Source of the DNA: Candidatus Electrothrix sp. GW3-4
GTDB lineage: Bacteria; Desulfobacterota; Desulfobulbia; Desulfobulbales; Desulfobulbaceae
NCBI RefSeq assembly: GCF_037902255.1
Contig: NZ_CP147990.1
Span: 1,380,001-1,412,000, forward strand
Length of the DNA stretch: 32,000 nucleotides
Direction: 5' to 3'
Shown: one piece after another, positions 25,463 to 32,000 of the stretch
Layout of the letters: each line of letters opens with the position of its first letter
How positions within the stretch are numbered: the stretch's first letter is position 1
Made by a program: the position numbers and the translations under genes
Notes under the pieces: generated by a model
Seen by the model: the letters and a program-made list of their open reading frames with translations, nothing else
Told to the model about the DNA's origin: nothing
Databases searched by the model: none

Positions 25463-25878
25463 CCCTGGTAACCATTTGTGTTCCTTAAGGGATGACCTTG
25501 AGCTCTGGTAACGGCAACGACAGGTGATGGTCGTGAAAGGAGGGGGAAGAGGCAGGTGAACCTCTCGTTCGTCTTTTATCGTATAGATATTGATTGGTTA
25601 TTTTCTTTGTGTGATACGCTTGCAATACGCCTCCGGTATCTTTCGTCATTCACCATTCCATCAAATATTTCAAGATGGGTGTTTTTTTTGCTCTACCGCA
25701 AGAAAAAAATCTTACTGGTAATGGATAGTGTTGTTATCTGGCTGTTGTTAAATAAAAATATTGACTTTCTGCTTCGTGGTGGTACCATGACTTGGCCCAA
25801 AGGACCATCGTTTCTTGGGACCATATACCGATAGATGGAACCTGCTCGCAACTGCACCCCTTTGTCAGGAGGAATAAC

Positions 25879-27717
25879 ATGACCATTCAGCTTAGTGACG
25901 TCGGGGCTTCCGTCAGTGGTTCCCACGTTCAGTTCGGGATCTACTTACCGGGAGTTACACCGGGAAGAGGTTACTCGGTGGAGGCTTTTGCAATTCATCT
26001 AGACGATCAGTTTGATCCCGCAGTTCCCGCGCAATCCTTCACCATGAATTATACGGGAGGGCCACACGATCTTTGGAGTGCAAACGGTCCTTTGACCGGT
26101 CCAGGAAATTTTGGAGCTGCGGGCCTGCACTTATATCGCTATCGCTTGCTGAGGAACGGGAATCCGGTCGTGTTTGCCTTTGCAGATCCATTTGCCCGGG
26201 AGGCGGGGCCGGGAACTTTCTCTGCATTCACGGTTGGGGGGACGCCCTTTGCCTGGACCGATGGGAGCTACCAAACGCCCGCGTTACAGGATCTTGTTGT
26301 CTATGAGCTTAACGTGGATGAGTTTGCCAAGGATTTCTACGGTGTCATTAAACGCTTAGACTACCTCAGTAGTCTCGGGGTGAATGTCCTTGAATTGATG
26401 CCATTCACCAATGTGAAAGAAGATACGGAGTGGGGATACACCCCATTGGCTTACTTGGCAGCAGACGACCGGTACGGGGGGCTGCAAGGGCTTAAGATGC
26501 TTGTCAATGCATGCCATGCTCGCGATATCGCCGTTATTCTCGACGCGGTTTACGCTCACGCTCATCCAGAGTTTGCCTATAATCTGGCCTACGAGGCCAC
26601 CGGGCTTCCCAACCCGATGATGGGACCGTTTGTCGGCGAGTTTTTCCCAGGCCGACCTGGTACTGACTACAGCAAAGAATTCACGCAGGATTACTTCAAG
26701 ATCGTGAATCAATACTGGCTCGATGAACTGCATCTTGACGGGTTTCGATACGACTACGTTCCCGGTATGTGGAAGAGCCCAACTGGTCCAGGATACGCCA
26801 AACTGACTTTTGAGACGTACCAGTACTCAAAAGGCATTCCACGCTTTCAGGATCCGGCTGGGCATAGTCGTATCATTCAGTGCGCGGAACACCTTCCAGA
26901 TCCCCGTGGTGTCATGAGCAGCACCTATTCCAACACGGCTTGGTCGAACGAACTGATGGACAAGATGGCCGATACAGCCATTTGGCGTTATGTAGACGAG
27001 CAGTTGGCCTACCTGTTTGATCCTCAGCTCACAGGTTATCCAACGCACTATTCAAATCCCGCCACGGGGGACAGCTTTCCCGTGGCTCCATTTCAATACG
27101 TGGAGACACACGACAACCCTCGCCAGCTCGCACGCATAGCTCCGAGTGAGCTCCGGGATTTGATAGGCGAAAGATACGGTGATCGGAGCCGTTTTTATCT
27201 CTTACAGCCTTATGCCATCGGCCAGTTTATGGGAAAGGGGGTTCCTATGTTGTGGCAAGGACAAGAACTCGGCGAAAATTGGGGTATGGCTCATTGGGGG
27301 CTGGGGAGAAACCTCTATCCGCGAGATGTTCATTGGGAGTACTTCTATGATCAGTATGGTCAGGCGCTAATTCGGCTCTATAGGCGGCTTGGACAACTGC
27401 GGAAATCCCTCCGTGCCGTCAATGCCAGCGGGCCATTTTTTTATGTGAATGATGCTTCCCATCGAAGCCAACAAGTGATCGTGTTCTGGCGGTCTGTTTT
27501 GGCCACAGCCACAGAACCCGAGCAGTACGTTCTCGTGTATCTGAATTTCTCTGAACAACCCCAAGAGATCTGGATGCAAATTCCGAAGGCAGGTATTTGG
27601 GTTGAGCAACTCGATCACGGTGAGCCCACTCCGCAACCCGATCTCGTCGCGAACCACGCTGGGGAATGGTGCCCGGTAACTGTTCCGAGTCACTATGGCT
27701 CTGTATTTCTGCTGTAG
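25879..27717 (+). CDS. alpha-amylase family (GH13) glycoside hydrolase with N-terminal E-set/CBM48-like domain
   Basis: The ATG at 25879 follows aggagga. GH13 motifs are VILDAVYAHA (region I), DGFRYDYV (region II) and YVETHDN (region IV). The N-terminal beta-sandwich-like segment is HVQFGIYLPGV...YRYRL. Confidence 0.9.
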   Translation: MTIQLSDVGASVSGSHVQFGIYLPGVTPGRGYSVEAFAIHLDDQFDPAVPAQSFTMNYTGGPHDLWSANGPLTGPGNFGAAGLHLYRYRLLRNGNPVVFAFADPFAREAGPGTFSAFTVGGTPFAWTDGSYQTPALQDLVVYELNVDEFAKDFYGVIKRLDYLSSLGVNVLELMPFTNVKEDTEWGYTPLAYLAADDRYGGLQGLKMLVNACHARDIAVILDAVYAHAHPEFAYNLAYEATGLPNPMMGPFVGEFFPGRPGTDYSKEFTQDYFKIVNQYWLDELHLDGFRYDYVPGMWKSPTGPGYAKLTFETYQYSKGIPRFQDPAGHSRIIQCAEHLPDPRGVMSSTYSNTAWSNELMDKMADTAIWRYVDEQLAYLFDPQLTGYPTHYSNPATGDSFPVAPFQYVETHDNPRQLARIAPSELRDLIGERYGDRSRFYLLQPYAIGQFMGKGVPMLWQGQELGENWGMAHWGLGRNLYPRDVHWEYFYDQYGQALIRLYRRLGQLRKSLRAVNASGPFFYVNDASHRSQQVIVFWRSVLATATEPEQYVLVYLNFSEQPQEIWMQIPKAGIWVEQLDHGEPTPQPDLVANHAGEWCPVTVPSHYGSVFLL

Positions 27718-27740
27718 TCAATCGAGTCATTGCCTGAGTG

Positions 27741-27766
27741 CTATCGGAAGGCCGAGAGTTTTTTTT
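27741..27766 (+). terminator. rho-independent terminator of the GH13 gene
   Basis: ctatcgg-aagg-ccgagag forms a 7-bp stem with one mismatch, followed by T8 at 27759-27766. It lies 24 nt after the stop. Confidence 0.7.
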
Positions 27767-28013
27767 ATTCCTGTTTTTCTGGGGCAACGACTTGAATTAA
27801 GAAAAAATCGAAGCTTCGCGGTTCATGCGCGGCCTTGCAGAGGATGTGATGTCTAGAGGATTCTCGGTAACAGGGCACCGTACCTTGCTCTCTCTGTACC
27901 CATACGATTTTTTTTGGCCCGGATCCAGAATTCGAACCTTTGCCCCGCAGTGCGGAGCAAAGGAGCACGGGAGTGCTTATCCCAAGCTTGTGAAGGACAG
28001 TAACGGGATCTGG

Positions 28014-28814
28014 TTAGAAGGAGTAGCGTAGAGAGGCATTGATTGCACTGCTTTTCAGATCATCGACTCGCAGGAGATCATGGTCCCGCCCGAATTCCAC
28101 ATCACCGGTACGCAGGTACTCATAGCCCAGATCCACAGCCATGTTCGGAGCAACATCCATAGCCACACCAGCGCCAGCCTTGTAGGCAAAGGTTACTTCA
28201 CTATCGTCACCATTGGCAAAGGCCATCTCTACCTTAGCCGTACCAGCACCTGCGGTTCCGTATACAGAAAAGGGGCCATAGACAGGAACGCCATAAAAAC
28301 CATTCAGCATGGCCGTGATGATGGTCACATCGGAAAGCCCTTCGCCTTTGATGTCAGCTGTCCGCCCTGCCATTTCACCTTCAATGCGAAGATTGCCGAT
28401 TTGGCGTCCAGCTGAGACCCCAAAGCCGTATCCGGTGTCAGTGTCCGCTTTGTAGCCGTACGACGCCTTATCAAGATCCATTGATCCCATCCAGGTCAGC
28501 TGGGCTGTCGCTTTGATATACCAGGGGTGATATTCCTCGCGGTTTTTCAGATTTTCAATCTCTTGCAGATTAGTTTGGATATCTGCGGCATTGGCTTCAA
28601 TGGCTTGGTCCTGGCGGGCCTGGCTGTCTTCCAGGGCCTCAAGTTGTTCATCCTGACGGGCCTGACTGGAGTTGAGCTGGTCAATCTGGTCCTGGCAATC
28701 AGCAGGACAATCCGCGCCCAGAGAGGGGGGCATAATTTTCATGTTCCCGGCCATTCCAGGGGCTGCTGTAAACATCAGGGCTGATATGGCCGCTGCGCTT
28801 AATATTTTCTTCAT
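28014..28814 (-). CDS. outer-membrane beta-barrel protein (OmpA/OmpX-like 8-strand type) with N-terminal coiled-coil extension
   Basis: The ATG at 28814 follows aggaag. The signal is MKKILSAAAISALMFTAAPGMA. A CPADC motif precedes the repeat SSQARQDEQLEALEDSQARQDQAIEANAADIQTNLQEIENL. Alternating beta-strand patterns follow, ending in the terminal LRYSF. Confidence 0.85.
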   Translation of the reverse strand: MKKILSAAAISALMFTAAPGMAGNMKIMPPSLGADCPADCQDQIDQLNSSQARQDEQLEALEDSQARQDQAIEANAADIQTNLQEIENLKNREEYHPWYIKATAQLTWMGSMDLDKASYGYKADTDTGYGFGVSAGRQIGNLRIEGEMAGRTADIKGEGLSDVTIITAMLNGFYGVPVYGPFSVYGTAGAGTAKVEMAFANGDDSEVTFAYKAGAGVAMDVAPNMAVDLGYEYLRTGDVEFGRDHDLLRVDDLKSSAINASLRYSF

Positions 28815-29164
28815 AACGTTCTTCCTTTTTTTGATTCCCATAGAGAGATATCTTATGAATGATATTCTAACGAATTTATGGTATCCGATAGTGGGCAAAA
28901 AGCAAAGGGTAAACTCATTGGTATCATTTTTTACATCACAAAAAACGTACTGGCTATTGCCTTACAATTCCAGTTGATACCATCAAGTCAGTTGAGCGAA
29001 ATGCTGCGTTCGTGAGAAAGATGGGAACAGTTTTTAAGACTGTTTTTCGGAAGAGCGATATATGAGGGGGGGGGCACTTGTCGATGAGTTTGTTTTTTCG
29101 CTTTTTTTATATTTTATAGCTTGGTGAGGTTGAAATCTGCTGAAGGCCGGAAAGCATAAACACC

Positions 29165-29893
29165 TTACCCCTTATATATCTTCTCAACCTCGGCAGAATA
29201 CGGCCCATCAGGGTACTGATAGATATACAGGGGCGGCAGCAGACGCAGCCCTTCACCTCCGTTTTTCATGGCCTCAATCATGACCAAACGGGCTTGCTTA
29301 CTTTCCGGGTAGCTGTACACCGGCTGGATCCGTTTGGGAATCAGGCGCTTTTTCGTCATGGCAGCGATCACCGTGGCAAGACGCTCTGCCGGGTAGATGC
29401 AGGCCACTGTGCCCCGATTTTTCACAGCATAGGCTGCGGCCGCGATCACCGAGTCAGGATCAGCGCTGAGTTCGTGGCGGGCAAGGGCGCATTCATCCGC
29501 TTTGCTCAGGCGTCCGCCCCCTACCTTATGATAGGGAGGATTAGTGAGCACCTGTTCATAGGACTCTGCCGGCAGATGTTGTTTGATTTTGCGGAGATCC
29601 CCTTGCTGAAGAGTAAAGCGATTCTGAAGGTTGTTCGCACGGATATTGTTTTGGGCAAGCTCAGCCAAGGCCGGTTGCAGTTCCAGACCGGTGATCTGGA
29701 TATCAGGATGGCGATAACTGAGGACAAGACCAATGACTCCACACCCAGTCCCCAGATCCAGCACCCTGTCTCTGGATGCAGGCTGGCAGAAATGGGCCAG
29801 GAGTACTGCATCCAGGGAAAAACGGTAGCCGTCCCGGTGTTGGCGGCAGATAAGACGGCCGTTGAACAGGGTGTCGTCAGTCAGGGGGGGCAT
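29165..29893 (-). CDS. SAM-dependent N6-adenine methyltransferase, tRNA1(Val) m6A37 TrmN6/YfiC-like
   Basis: Motifs are VLDLGTGCGVIGL (SAM motif I) and LTNPPYH (the NPPY catalytic motif). The N-terminal FSLDAVLLAHF is typical of this family. The ATG at 29893 shares one nucleotide with the upstream TGA. Confidence 0.8.
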   Translation of the reverse strand: MPPLTDDTLFNGRLICRQHRDGYRFSLDAVLLAHFCQPASRDRVLDLGTGCGVIGLVLSYRHPDIQITGLELQPALAELAQNNIRANNLQNRFTLQQGDLRKIKQHLPAESYEQVLTNPPYHKVGGGRLSKADECALARHELSADPDSVIAAAAYAVKNRGTVACIYPAERLATVIAAMTKKRLIPKRIQPVYSYPESKQARLVMIEAMKNGGEGLRLLPPLYIYQYPDGPYSAEVEKIYKG

Positions 29894-31272
29894 CAAGAAG
29901 GCGGCTGGATATGTTGTTCATCGTCCAGTTTGTTGACGAGCAGCCCGGTCATGATTTTGGGATAGAAGTAGGTTGACTTATGGGGCATGATATTATCGCT
30001 GTCCGCCACCTTGAGTACCTGCTCTACCTTGGTGGGATTGAGGAGGAAGAGCAGGGGGGTGTGGGTGTCCTGCAATACGCTTGCCTTCACCGCCTCGTCC
30101 AGGGCCACGTCTGGGTCACTGAGATAACTGACCAGTCCTTCGTTCACGCATTGATCATGGTTGAGGCCAAGATAATCCTGGATGAGCAGGTCTGAAAGGA
30201 CAACCACATCCAGCTCCTGTAGCACCTCAGGTTTATCAGCAAGACAAGGAGAGCGGGAGATGGTTTCGTCCTGCATCTGGAGAAGGAAGGCCCGGTCTTC
30301 ACCTGGATGATACACACCAAAGGCTGGCGTGCCGTGGCTGGTGTCTGCCTCATTCATTCTGTTCATCACTTCAGCAATGAGAGTTTCCCGACCACCTTGC
30401 TTAACCTCGGTGACGATCATGCCCTGCTGCATCCGTTCCTGCAACTGATCAGCGGTCATGGCGCCTGGCCAGCGAACCAGCCTATGGGTGGGGAGGACGG
30501 ATAGACCTGCATCCTCACAGGCGCAGAGGTACATCATGATATAATTACAGGGATGATCTGCTGGCAGGTTGGGATTTTGGGCCAGGGCCCGTCTGCGGCA
30601 GTCCAGGGCAGTGGTGTAGCGGTGGTGTCCGTCTGCAATGTACACAGATTTATCGCTAAAGAAATGATGCACCTGTTTCAGCGTTTCTTTATCCGTCACC
30701 CGCCAGAGGGTATGGGTATTGGCATTTTGGTCATCAACTTGCAGGAGCGGTTCAGCATGACGGGCTTTTTCCAGGTTTGTGATGACCTCTTGCTCGCGAT
30801 CTGAATAGATGGAGAAGATCTGACTGAACTGGGCCTTGCAGGTCTCCATGAGCTGGAGACGGTCACTGATTACTCCAGAGAAGGTCTTTTCATGGGGCTT
30901 GACAATACCCTCGGCAAATTCTGCCAGCCCCACCAGGCTGACAATACCCTTGCGGGTCAGGCGCTTGCCATTGGGATGGTTATAGTCGATGTAGTAGAGG
31001 TAGATGGCTGGTTGCTCATCCTGAACAAGGACATTTTCATCCTGCCAGGTCTGAAATCGCTCCTGAGCCTGTTTGTAGCGTCCGTCATCCTCAGTTGTCC
31101 CCTGTGAGATATTGCGCAGATCCAGATTGATCATGGAGTAGGGGGTTTTTTGCAGCAGTTTTTTCTCGTCGTCTGTGGAAATGACGTCATACGGCGGGGT
31201 AACGACGTCTTCCAGTCGCTCTATTTTTTCCGGGTTGTAACGCACGCCACGAAATGGGGCAACAACAGCCAT
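29893..31272 (-). CDS. DUF1015 domain-containing protein
   Basis: The ATG at 31272 follows ggag. The N-terminus MAVVAPFRGVRYNPEKI...VVTPPYDVIS and the internal YIADGHHRY motif match my recollection of the DUF1015 family. The size is ~459 aa. Confidence 0.8.
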   Translation of the reverse strand: MAVVAPFRGVRYNPEKIERLEDVVTPPYDVISTDDEKKLLQKTPYSMINLDLRNISQGTTEDDGRYKQAQERFQTWQDENVLVQDEQPAIYLYYIDYNHPNGKRLTRKGIVSLVGLAEFAEGIVKPHEKTFSGVISDRLQLMETCKAQFSQIFSIYSDREQEVITNLEKARHAEPLLQVDDQNANTHTLWRVTDKETLKQVHHFFSDKSVYIADGHHRYTTALDCRRRALAQNPNLPADHPCNYIMMYLCACEDAGLSVLPTHRLVRWPGAMTADQLQERMQQGMIVTEVKQGGRETLIAEVMNRMNEADTSHGTPAFGVYHPGEDRAFLLQMQDETISRSPCLADKPEVLQELDVVVLSDLLIQDYLGLNHDQCVNEGLVSYLSDPDVALDEAVKASVLQDTHTPLLFLLNPTKVEQVLKVADSDNIMPHKSTYFYPKIMTGLLVNKLDDEQHIQPPS

Positions 31273-31476
31273 GGTCTTTTTCTCCAGTTCTTTGAAATAA
31301 CTTCCATCCCGACTCAGCGGTTCAGGACAATAAAAGATGAAAATTAATCGGGCGATTGGCTTCACCCGGTACTTTCATATAAAAGGATCTCTTATCCAGA
31401 GCAGAGAATTCGTCAGCTCAGAAGAGAAGAATACGGTTTTCGCATGCCTTGTTTACCATTATCCGGTGCGCAGATG

Positions 31477-31517
31477 CAAGGAGGTTTTGGAAAGTTTTTG
31501 GAAACTTTCCCTCCTTG
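31477..31517. other. strong extended hairpin in an intergenic region
   Basis: The inner 9-bp stem pairs ggaaagttt (31489-31497) with aaactttcc (31502-31510). The outer 7-bp stem pairs caaggag (31477-31483) with ctccttg (31511-31517). No T-run follows on either strand. Confidence 0.4.
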
Positions 31518-31715
31518 GATGGGAAAAAGCATATCCCCTGCCTGTACCAGCATTACCATGGAGATAGAATGGTAGAGCATAGAGGGCGTGTAGCTGAAGT
31601 TGAAGCTGTCCGGCAGGTAGAAATTGGTCGACCTTGACTTGGAGGGCCGAAGAAGAGGGTAATTATGAGGGCCTCGCGGTTGGCCTTATTCGTTATACCT
31701 GAGGAGACAATACAG

Positions 31716-31991
31716 TTAGCTCCCCGCAGCTACTGCCACAACAATAAAAAAGACCAAACTGACAAGAAAGATAAACACCGCCACCTCCCAGAGGATACAG
31801 CTGAGAGCTAATCCCAGAGATACAAGCGAACCCCGTAACACCTCCTTATGCACTCTGCTGAGAATAGCATAATAGAGCGAGACCAGACCACAAAGCAGGC
31901 AGGTGCCCCGAAGAAAATAGCCGAGGAGCGTGTAGTCAGTATTAAAGACAAAGCTGCGATTGCTTGGTTGTAAACCAAAGTATATGGTCAA
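31716..31991 (-). CDS. small hydrophobic membrane protein (hypothetical)
   Basis: The 91-aa ORF has 2-3 predicted TM stretches (TCLLCGLVSLYYAIL, LVSLGLALSCILW, VFIFLVSLVFFIVVAVA). Its start is only 9 nt from the window edge, so the true start is uncertain. Confidence 0.35.
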   Translation of the reverse strand: MTIYFGLQPSNRSFVFNTDYTLLGYFLRGTCLLCGLVSLYYAILSRVHKEVLRGSLVSLGLALSCILWEVAVFIFLVSLVFFIVVAVAAGS

Positions 31992-32000
31992 GACACCAAA

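Noticed and set aside
27915-28013. tRNA or tRNA-Sec gene on the minus strand
   Set aside because: A GTTCGAA box, a CCA end and an acceptor-like pairing are present. However, the T-stem has a central mismatch and a non-canonical loop register. No D-arm or anticodon arm with a 7-nt loop can be drawn. I kept it only as a low-interest tRNA-like remnant.
27765-28031. ORFs 27765..27968 (-) and 27825..28031 (+)
   Set aside because: These are short ORFs with no RBS. They span terminator and hairpin sequences between two well-supported genes.
29294-29965. 223-aa plus-strand ORF antisense to the methyltransferase gene
   Set aside because: The minus-strand frame carries clear SAM-binding and NPPY motifs and is translationally coupled to the upstream gene. 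The antisense translation has no recognisable features.
1-32000. CRISPR arrays, transposases/integrases, prophage genes and known defence systems
   Set aside because: I scanned by eye for regularly spaced direct repeats and for hallmark motifs (DDE or tyrosine recombinases, Cas, restriction or abortive-infection ATPases) and saw none. The only extensive repeat is the intragenic Hpt duplication.

Overview
This window reads as a bacterial chromosomal segment. The gene content (Chp-like chemosensory operon, two-CW protein, DUF1015, PilJ-type sensor modules) suggests a Desulfobacterota-like organism, but that is inference only.

Layout:
- (i) 1-2.5 kb: minus-strand envelope genes. These are a Wza-like polysaccharide-export lipoprotein and a secreted protein with an acidic/Ser-rich tail.
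- (ii) 2.5-3.3 kb: an AT-rich spacer of about 0.84 kb containing a consensus-like sigma70 promoter.
- (iii) 3.3-17.4 kb: one plus-strand chemosensory operon. In order it encodes a REC-DUF4388-zinc ribbon-TPR-REC protein, a CheY, a CheW, a 1757-aa ChpA-like kinase with five Hpt domains, two further CheW-like proteins, a PilJ-type Cache MCP and an orphan periplasmic binding protein. It ends at a strong terminator.
- (iv) 17.5-21.2 kb: an accessory-looking patch. It holds a small Cys-rich 'two-CW' protein, a hairpin-dense non-coding segment of about 570 nt, two translationally coupled secreted paralogs with PilJ/NarX-like helical repeats, and a second hairpin-dense non-coding segment of about 650 nt.
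- (v) 21.6-32 kb: NagZ-like GH3, an 838-aa secreted protein of unknown function, a GH13 enzyme, a coiled-coil plus beta-barrel outer membrane protein, a TrmN6-like methyltransferase, a DUF1015 protein and a small membrane ORF.

I found no rRNA, convincing tRNA, CRISPR array, transposase/integrase or recognisable defence gene.

Best candidates for something undescribed:
- The two-gene secreted-sensor cassette bracketed by two long structured non-coding segments (18.0-21.1 kb).
- The unusual composition of the chemosensory operon, including a near-identical 729-bp in-frame tandem duplication of an Hpt module.

All domain calls rest on motif recognition by eye. No searches were run.
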